A stretch of DNA of 64,000 nt from Cyanobacteriota bacterium (GCA_046052125.1 JBJOMY010000001.1:224001-288000), one strand, 5' to 3'. Positions 40,884 to 49,541 are shown, counted from the first letter of the stretch. The notes: generated by a model from the sequence alone, not told the origin. Numbers and translations are program-made.

Positions 40884-41929
40884 TCAGCGCACTCCAGGCT
40901 GTTGAGCAACTCGCGGTGGACGGCCGTGGCCTGGTTCATCGCCGCCAGGGCAGCACTGCTGGGGGGATGCTCCAGCGCATCAGCCCAGATGCTCATCAGA
41001 TCAGAAGCCGCCGGCGCCGGATCGGCCAGATCGATGCAGCCGCAACCAAGCTCGGTGGCACAGGCCTGCACCTTGGGGTCGTAGCTGAGGGCACTCACGG
41101 GGCTGCCGGAGAGGGCCGCCAGGATCAAGGCGTGCAGGCGCATCGCCAACACCAGAGAGGCGCTACGGAACAGGGCCATCGCCTCAGCTGGCGTGGTGGC
41201 CTCCACCACCCGGCTACGCCGCAACAGCGCCTCACCCACCAGCCCCTGCTGGTGAAGCTGGTCCAAGAGTGGGCCGTCCTGATCCCGGTGGAACGGCAGC
41301 CAGATCACCTCGCGATCGCTGCGTTCCGCCAACAGCTCTAGGGCGGTGAGGTAGGGCCTCCAGGCTTCGCCCTGCAGATGGGGGGTGGGCCGCCAACACA
41401 CCACGATCGGTCCGCCGAGCCCGAGCCAGTGCTGCCGGGGCAGGCTCCACACCGCATCGGTGCCGTGGGGTGCAGCCACGCCGAGTTGGCGGGCCAGGCG
41501 GGCAGAGGCGGGATCACGCCAGCTGATCCCCGTGGCCAGCGGCAACAGCAAGCGCACCAGGGCGCGGCTGCGCCGGCGGCGCAACGGCCCCAGGCCCTGG
41601 GCCCAGAGCAGCACCGGTTTGCCCTGCAGGCGCGCGGCGCTGATCAGGGCGGCGTAATAGAGGAGGCTTCGGAAACTGGTGGCGTCCTGGAGCAGGCTGC
41701 CGCCGCCGAGCACCAGGGCTCGGCTCTTGGCGAGGGCGGCGAGCACGGCCTTGAGGCTGCGCCGCTGCACGGTGCTCACGCCGTGGCGCTGCTCCACCTC
41801 CTGCTGATCGAAGGCGGTCACCAAAGCCGATGCACCCGTGGGCAACTGGGCTAAGAGTGCCTGCAGGAGTGCATCGTCACCGAGGTTGTGCTCGCCGTAG
41901 TAACCGCACAACAGCACGGGGTCAGACAC
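40880..41929 (-). CDS. csaB: polysaccharide pyruvyl transferase CsaB
   Basis: GYYGEHNLGDDALL, GGGSLLQDATS, AQGLGPL, MRLHALI, SYDPKV. Confidence 0.92.
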   Translation of the reverse strand: MSDPVLLCGYYGEHNLGDDALLQALLAQLPTGASALVTAFDQQEVEQRHGVSTVQRRSLKAVLAALAKSRALVLGGGSLLQDATSFRSLLYYAALISAARLQGKPVLLWAQGLGPLRRRRSRALVRLLLPLATGISWRDPASARLARQLGVAAPHGTDAVWSLPRQHWLGLGGPIVVCWRPTPHLQGEAWRPYLTALELLAERSDREVIWLPFHRDQDGPLLDQLHQQGLVGEALLRRSRVVEATTPAEAMALFRSASLVLAMRLHALILAALSGSPVSALSYDPKVQACATELGCGCIDLADPAPAASDLMSIWADALEHPPSSAALAAMNQATAVHRELLNSLECAE

Positions 41930-41974
41930 ACCACGGGTTCCAAGTGGGCCCCAGCTTCGCATCGGAGCCCGGGA

Positions 41975-42181
41975 TCAGGCAGCCGCCGCGAGGCGTTGGC
42001 GCAGCAGCTGAATCTGCTCGTCGATCAGCACCCGAGCGGCGCTGAGGCTGGAGGCGCGTCCGAGCACGGCGCCACTGCTGTGTTCAATCAGATAGGCCCC
42101 CTCACAGCGCGGGTAGCCCACCAACTGAATGCGACAGCCGCGATGCAGCCAGCAGGGGGGTGGAGCGGTTGCAGACATCAC
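41975..42181 (-). CDS. small hypothetical protein
   Basis: 68-aa ORF co-directional with csaB, host-like codon usage. Confidence 0.55.
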   Translation of the reverse strand: MMSATAPPPCWLHRGCRIQLVGYPRCEGAYLIEHSSGAVLGRASSLSAARVLIDEQIQLLRQRLAAAA

Positions 42182-42556
42182 TCATGCAGCACCTGAACCA
42201 CTGGAACGCAGGCCATGGTTGAAGCAATGGGGCATGTGCCCATTGCTCAGGTGGTTATCACCAAGGCCATGGATCGTGATTAACGCTGACCAAGAAGATC
42301 AACCCAACTGAGAGCAGAGCTTGTGGCCTGATCAGACGAGAGGCCCCGGCAGGGAATCGTGATCAACCAATCCGTTGCGAGCGGCGCTGTGGGATCAACG
42401 ATCGCTGGGCAACCTTCAGCCGTGACAACAACCGGCATCGGCGCCTTGGAGCTTGGCTGCATCGGCAAGACAGCAACACGTCAATGCTGATGGAGCCGTT
42501 CCAAAGCAATGGCGATCTACAACGCAGAGGGATGTGCTGCAGCACACCGCGCGCAT

Positions 42557-42579
42557 AAAAAACAGCCCTGAGGGGCTGT
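42557..42579 (-). terminator. intrinsic terminator
   Basis: acagccc-tgag-gggctgt hairpin with a preceding A6 on +. Confidence 0.75.
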
Positions 42580-42606
42580 GTGAGGAGGCTTCGGCATCAG
42601 CAAAGC
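42557..42606 (-). ncRNA. candidate Yfr1/Yfr10-like sRNA (or structured 3' end of the hydrolase mRNA)
   Basis: Minus strand: weak 5' stem GCUUUGC..GCCGAAGC, then CUCCUCACAC, then terminator CAGCCC-CUCA-GGGCUG-U6. Confidence 0.5.
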
Positions 42607-42640
42607 GGCTGCATCTGCAGGCAGCCATGGGGATCAATAC

Positions 42641-44173
42641 TCAGCTGCCATGCACGCTGGCGGTGACATCCGCCATCGGCTTGCTCGGGCTGCCCCAGCT
42701 GCCTGGAGGCATCAGCACCGGAGCACCAGGAGCGGGCTTCACCGCTGATCCGGCTGCAAAGGCGCGGTTGGTCCACTCCACGATCATGGGGGCGAGCACG
42801 CCGCCATCCGCGGAGCGACCAGGCCGCAGGTTGAAGTGATCACCGCCCTGCACCAACACCAACTGGTTGCCCTTGGCGGGCGCATGTAGGAAAGGACCCA
42901 CCGCTTCCGGATCCGGGGGCACCACCCAATCGTGGGTACCGCTCACCAGGAGCACCCGGGCCTGCATCTGCTGCGACGATCCGCGCGGGAACAGCAACGA
43001 CAGCGGCGGGCTCACCGCGGCCACAGCGATCACTCGGGGATCGTCAATCGCCGCCTGGTTCACGCCGCTGATCCAGCTGCACTGCAGGGTCCAGCTGAGG
43101 TTGCGATCGGGATCGTTCACGTTGTCGCAGCGGGCCTGCAAGGCGCTGTCCTGCGGGCGCAGGCCCGCCAGTTGCAGGGCCGTGGTGGCGCCCCAGGAAT
43201 GGCCGATCACCACCACCCGGTTGGCATCCACCGCTGAACCGCTCATAAGGGTGCCGTTGGCGATGGCGTCGTTGATGGCACTCACATCGCGGGCCCGCAG
43301 GCCAAGCTCGGAGGCAGACGGTGGGGCGGCCTTGCCGGTGAGCACCTCGTGCTGCTGTTGCTGATCGCTACCGGGATGGCGGGGCAGCACCACGGTGTAG
43401 CCCTGGGCGGCGAGCTGGTTCCCCCAGCCTTCAAAGTTTTCAGGCCGATCCCAAAGGCCATGGGAGATCACCACCAGGTGGCCGTTGGCTCCGCTCTGGG
43501 GCTGAATCACAAGCAAATCGAGCGGTTCGCTGCGATGGCTCACCGGCAGCTGCACCGCCTTGGCGGCAGCCGGAGCCTCCGATGCGCTGGGAACCGCCAC
43601 GGGAGCCAGGGCCGCCTTGGCCATCAGGCGCTCTGCTTGGAGCCGCTGGCGCATCATCCGGCCCAACACCACCTGGGCGCGGCTGAGGTTGAGGCGCACC
43701 CGCTCCCCGGGAATCGCCAGCATCAGCTGCAGCAAGGTGGGCTGCCCATCCGGTGAGGCGGCCGAGGCTTTCTCCAGGGCGTGCTTGAGGGTTTCGCCGC
43801 TGAGGTCGGGGCTGCGGCCCTCCACGGTGCCGAACGACGACACCATCAGCAGGGTCTGCTCGAGCAGGGGTGAGCCCACAGAACTCTCCGCCAGCTGGCG
43901 GAAGCTCACGGGCAGCGGGTGGTTGAGCAGCTTGAGCAGGGAGCGGCCGAGCTGGCCGTCGCTGGCGCGATCGAGCTCGGCGAGGTCGCTGTCGCCAGCC
44001 ATCAGGGCACTGGGATTGCTCAGCTCCCGGAGGTTCACCTTGAGGGTGCTCTCCACCAGCGGCAACTCAACGATCACCTCCTCGATCGCCTGAGCCGGCG
44101 GGCAGAGCGGCAGTAAGCCCGCCAGCACCAGCGCAGCGGTGTGCGGTGCGGTGCGGCTCCAGGAGGGCATCAA
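42641..44173 (-). CDS. secreted alpha/beta hydrolase with N-terminal DUF1400 domain
   Basis: Signal peptide ending AQAIEE; SHGLW, HPGSD, GHSWG nucleophile elbow, D..H of catalytic triad. Confidence 0.88.
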   Translation of the reverse strand: MMPSWSRTAPHTAALVLAGLLPLCPPAQAIEEVIVELPLVESTLKVNLRELSNPSALMAGDSDLAELDRASDGQLGRSLLKLLNHPLPVSFRQLAESSVGSPLLEQTLLMVSSFGTVEGRSPDLSGETLKHALEKASAASPDGQPTLLQLMLAIPGERVRLNLSRAQVVLGRMMRQRLQAERLMAKAALAPVAVPSASEAPAAAKAVQLPVSHRSEPLDLLVIQPQSGANGHLVVISHGLWDRPENFEGWGNQLAAQGYTVVLPRHPGSDQQQQHEVLTGKAAPPSASELGLRARDVSAINDAIANGTLMSGSAVDANRVVVIGHSWGATTALQLAGLRPQDSALQARCDNVNDPDRNLSWTLQCSWISGVNQAAIDDPRVIAVAAVSPPLSLLFPRGSSQQMQARVLLVSGTHDWVVPPDPEAVGPFLHAPAKGNQLVLVQGGDHFNLRPGRSADGGVLAPMIVEWTNRAFAAGSAVKPAPGAPVLMPPGSWGSPSKPMADVTASVHGS

Positions 44174-44195
44174 CAGCTGGTGAGGGAGCGAAAGG

Positions 44196-44366
44196 CTAAG
44201 CGGGGTCGATCGCCTCGATCCGGTAGTACTCGCGATCGTCGGAGCAGCAAAGATCGGCGTAGTAGCGCTCGAGCACGGCGTAGGCCTCGTCGTAGCTGCT
44301 GAAGCATTGGCCGGCGATCTGGTCGCGCTGGCCGTCGTCGCGCTCGATTCGGTAGTGGCGGGTCAT
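44196..44366 (-). CDS. 56-aa hypothetical protein (not in ORF track)
   Basis: ATG at 44366, TAG at 44196-44198; MTRHYRIERDDGQRDQIAGQCFSSYDEAYAVLERYYADLCCSDDREYYRIEAIDPA; strong GC3 bias. Confidence 0.7.
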   Translation of the reverse strand: MTRHYRIERDDGQRDQIAGQCFSSYDEAYAVLERYYADLCCSDDREYYRIEAIDPA

Positions 44367-44437
44367 CGCAGCGGAGCCGGATCAACAGCCGGCCCTTTCG
44401 GCTGGCTCTGGCTAGGGCCTTGAAGTGTGATGCATTT

Positions 44438-44523
44438 GTGTGAGGAGACGGCTCAGGCGGAAGTCGAAACAAGGACAGACGCTCCGCCTGATCCGACCAG
44501 CCCCGCTTTCGCGGGGCTTTTTT
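44438..44523 (+). ncRNA. yfr2: Yfr2 family (cyano-1 motif) small RNA
   Basis: 5' GUGUGAGGAG, central hairpin (UCAGGCGGA/UCCGCCUGA) presenting a GAAACA-AGGACA loop, terminator AGCCCCGC-UUUC-GCGGGGCU-U5. Confidence 0.85.
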
Positions 44524-44962
44524 ATGCCTCAGCAGCGAGCTGCACCAGTGCATCCGCGAGCTGCTCGCGGATGAGCCCCTCGCCCTGAGCCCGCAGCAAC
44601 GGCTGCAGCCCGATCGATTGCCGCTCCGCGTGAAAGCGTTGACGCGGCACCAGCCAGAACAGCCACTGGGCTGGATCCTGCGGATCAGCTACCGCCTCGC
44701 CGGGCTCGAGCAAACAGAGCAACAGGGCAGTGGCTGTCGAGCTGCCGAGGTTGAACACGGTGGGCCGATCCGGCTGCACCCGGGCGGAGCTGATCAACAG
44801 CGAGAGGCCGTTCCACGTGAGCGGGCTCACCGGGCCACGGGCCGGTGGCGGGACCGCCGCGGGATCGATCGCCAGGGCCTCGAGCACCTGCCAGATGGCC
44901 GCGCAATGCAGGAGTCGCTCTTCGAGCAGATCGGGGTGGCTCCAGCGCAGGAAGGTGTCCAT
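44522..44962 (-). CDS. hypothetical protein
   Basis: 146-aa ORF, host-like codon usage; stop lies in the Yfr2 terminator U-tract. Confidence 0.65.
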   Translation of the reverse strand: MDTFLRWSHPDLLEERLLHCAAIWQVLEALAIDPAAVPPPARGPVSPLTWNGLSLLISSARVQPDRPTVFNLGSSTATALLLCLLEPGEAVADPQDPAQWLFWLVPRQRFHAERQSIGLQPLLRAQGEGLIREQLADALVQLAAEA

Positions 44963-44978
44963 CAGGGTTGGGCAGCGG

Positions 44979-45395
44979 CTAGCGAAGCAGCAGCCAAAGC
45001 AAGGCCACCACCAGCAAAGCCGCCCCTGCCGCAGCGAGGGTTGCGGCGATCACCAGCAGGCGCCGGGTGGTGGCGGGCCACCAGAGCAGGCCGCACCAGA
45101 TCGGCACCAACAGCCAGAAGGGAGGCAGCAGCAGCGAGATCACCAGGAGCACCAGCAGCACGCGGCGCCGCTCGGAGCGGCGTTGCTGCTCCGCCAGCCG
45201 ATGGGCGCGCTCGTCGTCGCTGAGCCAGCGGCCCTCCTGGCGGGCCTGCTCCAGCTCGGCCTGCAGGCGCTGCTGTTGCGTGCGGCGCGGATCGGCCAGT
45301 TCCCCCACCGCATCGAGCACGCCCGCACTGGCCTCCCGCAGCAGCGAGGCCCCGATCAGCACCGAGCGCCGCACGCCCTCACGCAGCCGACTCAT
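44979..45395 (-). CDS. hypothetical membrane protein
   Basis: Charged coiled N-terminus followed by hydrophobic helices. Confidence 0.65.
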   Translation of the reverse strand: MSRLREGVRRSVLIGASLLREASAGVLDAVGELADPRRTQQQRLQAELEQARQEGRWLSDDERAHRLAEQQRRSERRRVLLVLLVISLLLPPFWLLVPIWCGLLWWPATTRRLLVIAATLAAAGAALLVVALLWLLLR

Positions 45396-45503
45396 GACTC
45401 AAGCCGTGGCAGAAGGATGCAAAAGCGAGGCATGGGCCTGTGCGCAGGAACACAGCTGCGCCTAGAAGGGCCGTGCTGAGCTGATGGCGTTGCGGAACCA
45501 GTT

Positions 45504-45623
45504 GTGATTCCAGCGGGTTTTCTGATTCTGGCGAAGTTGTTGCCCTGGGTTGGTGCCTGCACGGTGTTGGCCGCCGCCACGGCCTTGGCCATTGAAACGG
45601 CGATGCTCACGCTGCACTCCTAA
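45504..45623 (+). CDS. possible 39-aa hydrophobic microprotein
   Basis: GTG...TAA: MIPAGFLILAKLLPWVGACTVLAAATALAIETAMLTLHS. Confidence 0.35.
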   Translation: MIPAGFLILAKLLPWVGACTVLAAATALAIETAMLTLHS

Positions 45624-45740
45624 AAAGTCGCATGGCACCTGCGGTGTGAAGAGATCCGAAGCCAGGCCGTCCTTCCGATCCAGAACAAGACAAACGAGGC
45701 TTACGTCGCTTAAGGTTGTCTCAAGGTTTGAAACCGATTG

Positions 45741-45899
45741 GTGAACGAGAACAATCCTGTGCTTCACGCCATGCGCCAGGAGCTGCAGGAACTGAAGGGG
45801 CGCTACTGCCGTCAGCCCAGCGATTTCAATCGCTATCAGCTGGTGCGTCATGAGCAGCGCCTGGCCCAGTGGGTACCCTCTGAGCTTCTGAGCGCCTGA
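45741..45899 (+). CDS. 52-aa hypothetical protein (not in ORF track)
   Basis: GTG...TGA: MNENNPVLHAMRQELQELKGRYCRQPSDFNRYQLVRHEQRLAQWVPSELLSA; ends 6 bp before the next gene. Confidence 0.6.
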   Translation: MNENNPVLHAMRQELQELKGRYCRQPSDFNRYQLVRHEQRLAQWVPSELLSA

Positions 45900-45905
45900 G
45901 ATTCA

Positions 45906-46481
45906 ATGAGGGCCCTGCCCATTCACCTCGAGGCCGGAGCCGATCTGCGCGGCAGCCTTGAGGACTTGGCCCTCGAGCAACAAGCCAGCGGCTTTGTGCT
46001 GAGTGTGGTGGGCAACATGAGCCAGGCCTGCTTCGCCTGCCCTGGCCAACCGGAACCCACGGTGCTGCGTGGCGAGCTGGAAATCATCACCCTGCAGGGC
46101 ACGGTGTCACCCTCGGGGGTGCACCTGCACCTGAGTTTTTCCGATCCCGGCTGTCAGGTGTGGGGCGGCCACCTTGAACACGGCAGCCTCGTGCTCAAGG
46201 GCGCCGATCTGCTGGTGGGTGTGTTGCAGGAAGCACCGCAACCGCCCGCAGCGATGGCAGCCCCGTTGCAGGCGCGCGTGCAGGTGGCCCTGGCTCCAGG
46301 CTGTGCCTGGTCGCGCCGCACCGAGCGGCTGCTGCAGGGGCTGGGCGTGGCCTATGCGCCAATGGATCCGGAACCTGGTGCCCTGCCCCAGATCCGCATC
46401 GATGGTCAGCTGATCGGCGGCTATCCGGAACTGGCGGCACTGCACAGCAGCGGATCGCTGCAGGCCCTGCTCCGTGGCTGA
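45906..46481 (+). CDS. PPC/DUF296 domain protein with C-terminal glutaredoxin-like segment
   Basis: EIITLQGT...HLHLSFSD...WGGHL (PPC); CAWS...LPQIRIDGQLIGG (Grx-like). Confidence 0.85.
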   Translation: MRALPIHLEAGADLRGSLEDLALEQQASGFVLSVVGNMSQACFACPGQPEPTVLRGELEIITLQGTVSPSGVHLHLSFSDPGCQVWGGHLEHGSLVLKGADLLVGVLQEAPQPPAAMAAPLQARVQVALAPGCAWSRRTERLLQGLGVAYAPMDPEPGALPQIRIDGQLIGGYPELAALHSSGSLQALLRG

Positions 46482-47028
46482 GTGCCGGCTCGACACGCTC
46501 GCCGGCTGCGAGCTGGTGATCGCCGGCTATCCCCGCTTCAGCTACAACGCCCTCGGCGGCTGCGCGCCCGGGCAGTGCAACACCAACGCGGCCGGTGAGC
46601 TGGAGCTGCAGTTCGCGAGCGAGCGCACGGCGATTCCGCCGCTCAACTGGCGCAGCACGCGGTTTCTGGGCCTACCCCTGCCCCCAGGGCTCTCGATCAC
46701 CATCCAACCGGAAGCCCTGAGCGGCCGCGTGGACCCGCGCAGCGGGGAGGTGTGGCTGCAGTTCCGCTCCCGCTTCCGCTTTCAGCTGGGTGCAGGCGAA
46801 AACCTGCGCTATCAGGCGTCGGATCTGGTGGTGGACACGCAGCTCACCACCGAAGCGATCAGCAGCCAGCGCCACCAGCGCCAGGGCCGCCGCCTTGATC
46901 AGCACAACCGCGCCGTACTCGTGGGAACGGCGCTGATCCAACCCTGCGGCGAAGCCTGGCTGGATCGCTTTCTCGGCCTGCCCGATGAAGCGCTCGCCGT
47001 GCTCGAGTGCTGCCTCGCCCTGCCATGA
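46474..47028 (+). CDS. hypothetical conserved cyanobacterial protein
   Basis: 184-aa ORF overlapping both neighbours; YPRFSYNA, FLGLPLPPGL, FLGLPDEALA. Confidence 0.7.
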   Translation: MAECRLDTLAGCELVIAGYPRFSYNALGGCAPGQCNTNAAGELELQFASERTAIPPLNWRSTRFLGLPLPPGLSITIQPEALSGRVDPRSGEVWLQFRSRFRFQLGAGENLRYQASDLVVDTQLTTEAISSQRHQRQGRRLDQHNRAVLVGTALIQPCGEAWLDRFLGLPDEALAVLECCLALP

Positions 47029-47597
47029 GCCAGAGCCTCGGCCAACGCCTCGACCAGAGCCTGGCGCGCCTGGGCACCAACCTGCTGATCCCACCGCTGA
47101 TCCTGCTGATCCCCTGGGGCCAGGAGCTGATCGATCAACTGCTGTTCCGCGGTGGCTGGAACCTGCCGATGGTGCCGGGGGGCTCATTTCTGGGGGTGCT
47201 CACCGCCCCCTTCAGCCACAGCGGCTTCGGCCATCTGCTGGCCAACAGCCTCACCTTTCTGCCGCTCTCCTGGCTGGTGCTCACGAAGGGCCGGCGCGAC
47301 TACCTGGCGGTGTGGCTCGGTGTGTATGCCATGGCGATTCCGGTGTGGTTGTTCTGGCCCACCGCCAGCCATGGACTCTCAGGAGTGGTGTACGGGCTGC
47401 TCGGCTACCTGCTGCTGATCGGCTGGCTGGAGAAACGGCCGCTCTCCCTGCTGCTCTCCGTGGTGTGCCTGATCGCCTACGGCGGCGTGTTGCCCAGCCT
47501 GATCCCCCTGTTTTCTCCGGCGGGGGTGAGCTGGATCGGCCACGCCAGCGGCTTCGCCGGCGGGATGCTCGCCGCCCGCTGGATGCGACAGCGCTGA
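47025..47597 (+). CDS. rhomboid family intramembrane serine protease
   Basis: HSGFGHLLAN, GLSG (GxSG), SWIGHASG; multiple TMs. Confidence 0.88.
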   Translation: MSQSLGQRLDQSLARLGTNLLIPPLILLIPWGQELIDQLLFRGGWNLPMVPGGSFLGVLTAPFSHSGFGHLLANSLTFLPLSWLVLTKGRRDYLAVWLGVYAMAIPVWLFWPTASHGLSGVVYGLLGYLLLIGWLEKRPLSLLLSVVCLIAYGGVLPSLIPLFSPAGVSWIGHASGFAGGMLAARWMRQR

Positions 47598-47611
47598 TCA
47601 GCCCTGGCAGC

Positions 47612-48733
47612 ATGGCGCCCATGCAGATCCTTGCTGGGCGCGTGGCACGGGGAGCGGCCACGGCAATCCTGGCCGCGGCGCTGATGCCGCTCGCCGCGCT
47701 GGCGCAGCCCTGGGCACCGGGGCAGGGCCCTCCGCCTGGCTTGCAATTGCCCTCAGCGGAAGAGGCGAAGCAAATGGAGCAGCTGCGCCAGCAAGGGGAA
47801 GCCGAGGGGCTGCGCCAGCGCTATCTGCGCAGCGCCCACCAACTGCTGCATCGCTTCTGGAACAGCCGCGAGCAGCCGAAGCTGCTGTTCGCCGGCGACA
47901 AGGCCGAGGGCTGCGGCGTGAAGCAGGTGGCCCATCCAATGGCCTACTACTGCCCGCCCAGCAAGGAGCTGGCCATGGCCCTGAACCTGCGGCGCAGCGT
48001 GAGCAGCGCCAAGGGCAAGGGCGATCGCGAGCTGTTGCTACTGGACCTGGCGGTGCTCGCCCACGAGTGGGGCCACCACGTGAACCAGGAGCAGGGGCGC
48101 GGCCCCTTCAAAGGGGGCCTGAGCCTCACCGTGAAGCAGGAGGAGCTGGCGGCTGATTGGCGCACGGGCGTGTTTCTCGGCTGGCTGCTCAACAACGGCG
48201 GCATTGGGGTCGACGACTTCACCCAGACCGCGAATCTGATGTTTGAGATGGGCGACTACGAACGTCTCGCCGCCCAACATCACGGCTACCCCAAAGATCG
48301 CTTTGAAGCCCTCACACGGGGCCTGGCCAGCCAGCTCACCGCAGGCCAGAAGCTCGGCGATTGGAGTATGGATACCCAGGAAACCTTCAGCCGGCCCTTA
48401 CCCGCCACCAGCGAAGACCAGCTGCTCGGGCGCCGCCGCTACGAGGTGCGCCGCTTCGAGATCGACCGCGGCCAACAGATCGCCACCAACCTGCTCGGCG
48501 GCTTACTCGGTGCGGCGAGCTGCATCTGGGGCAACCAGCAGCAGTGCATCGGCATGGCCACCCAACAGGGCAAGGGACGGGCTGCAGGCGCCTACACCCA
48601 GCGCACGCTCACGCTCCATTGCGCCAACAGCAGCTTCGATGTGAGCGACGACGAGTTCGAACCCCAACCGATCAGCCGCGACGGCAAAGGCCAGGCGGCG
48701 GTGCTGCTCAAGCGCGACTGCCCGAAGGGTTGA
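47612..48733 (+). CDS. secreted neutral zinc metallopeptidase (YpfJ-like)
   Basis: Signal peptide; YYCP, LAHEWGHHV, ELAAD, HHG..R; in the 3' part of ORF 46985-48733. Confidence 0.82.
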   Translation: MAPMQILAGRVARGAATAILAAALMPLAALAQPWAPGQGPPPGLQLPSAEEAKQMEQLRQQGEAEGLRQRYLRSAHQLLHRFWNSREQPKLLFAGDKAEGCGVKQVAHPMAYYCPPSKELAMALNLRRSVSSAKGKGDRELLLLDLAVLAHEWGHHVNQEQGRGPFKGGLSLTVKQEELAADWRTGVFLGWLLNNGGIGVDDFTQTANLMFEMGDYERLAAQHHGYPKDRFEALTRGLASQLTAGQKLGDWSMDTQETFSRPLPATSEDQLLGRRRYEVRRFEIDRGQQIATNLLGGLLGAASCIWGNQQQCIGMATQQGKGRAAGAYTQRTLTLHCANSSFDVSDDEFEPQPISRDGKGQAAVLLKRDCPKG

Positions 48734-49532
48734 TCGGCGTGTGGCGGGCCTCCAGCACCGCCTTGAAGAAGCGGCGCCGCTGGAAGCGGATCCACACATC
48801 GGCCGCTGAAAAAGCCGGACGTTGCTGCATGCGCTGCCACCAACCCTGCAGATCCGGGCGGCTGAGCAGAGCGATCTCACCGGCCATCTCCAGGCGGGCG
48901 CAGAGCACCGCGAGCACCACATCGGCGCTGCTCACCTGGCGGCCGAACAACCAACCGCCCGCCACCACCGGCGGCAGTGAGGCCAGATAGGCCGCCACCT
49001 GCTCTCGCTGCTCGCTGAGCACCTGCTGGATCGGGGCCTGGGTGAACACCGCCAGGCGCTCACGGTTCTGGGCCGCCTTGGCCAGCAACGGCTCCGCCTG
49101 CTCCGGGCAGCGCTTGGCCTGGCGCTCCAGGCTGCGGATCACACCGCTGAGCACCTTGTTCACCACCGCTTTGAACCAGGGGCGGCTGCTCAGCAGCTTG
49201 CTGAAGGTGAGGGTTTCGATCGAGATGCGGTAGTGGCCCTGCACCGCCTCAGCGATGCCTGCCTGGCGGGCTGGATCGGCATCGGCCCATTGCGCGCCGG
49301 CCTGCTGGGCCGCGAAGGCCAGGATCTCGGAGCTGTCGGTGAGCAGCAGATCGGGGCCCCGCAGGCTGGGCACGGTCATGTGGGGATTGAGCTGGCGGTA
49401 GGCCGGGCTGAGCTGCTGCTTGGCAAGGTGGATATCGAGCAGCCGGCTCACCGTGCTCACCCCGGCCTCGGCCAGGGCGAGGCGGGCCACCATCGAGTAG
49501 TAGGAGGGCGCGGCGTGGAAGAGTTCGGGCAT
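48708..49532 (-). CDS. glutathione S-transferase family protein
   Basis: SYYSMVARLAL, LNPHMTVPSL, DSSEI, WLFG..SSAD, RPAF. Confidence 0.82.
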   Translation of the reverse strand: MPELFHAAPSYYSMVARLALAEAGVSTVSRLLDIHLAKQQLSPAYRQLNPHMTVPSLRGPDLLLTDSSEILAFAAQQAGAQWADADPARQAGIAEAVQGHYRISIETLTFSKLLSSRPWFKAVVNKVLSGVIRSLERQAKRCPEQAEPLLAKAAQNRERLAVFTQAPIQQVLSEQREQVAAYLASLPPVVAGGWLFGRQVSSADVVLAVLCARLEMAGEIALLSRPDLQGWWQRMQQRPAFSAADVWIRFQRRRFFKAVLEARHTPINPSGSRA

Positions 49533-49541
49533 CAGCCAGGC

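Noticed and set aside
42578..42630. Second + strand Yfr2 copy starting GTGTGAGGAG
   Set aside because: Lacks the GAAACA loop and a downstream + strand terminator; polarity fits a minus-strand CUCCUCACAC RNA instead.
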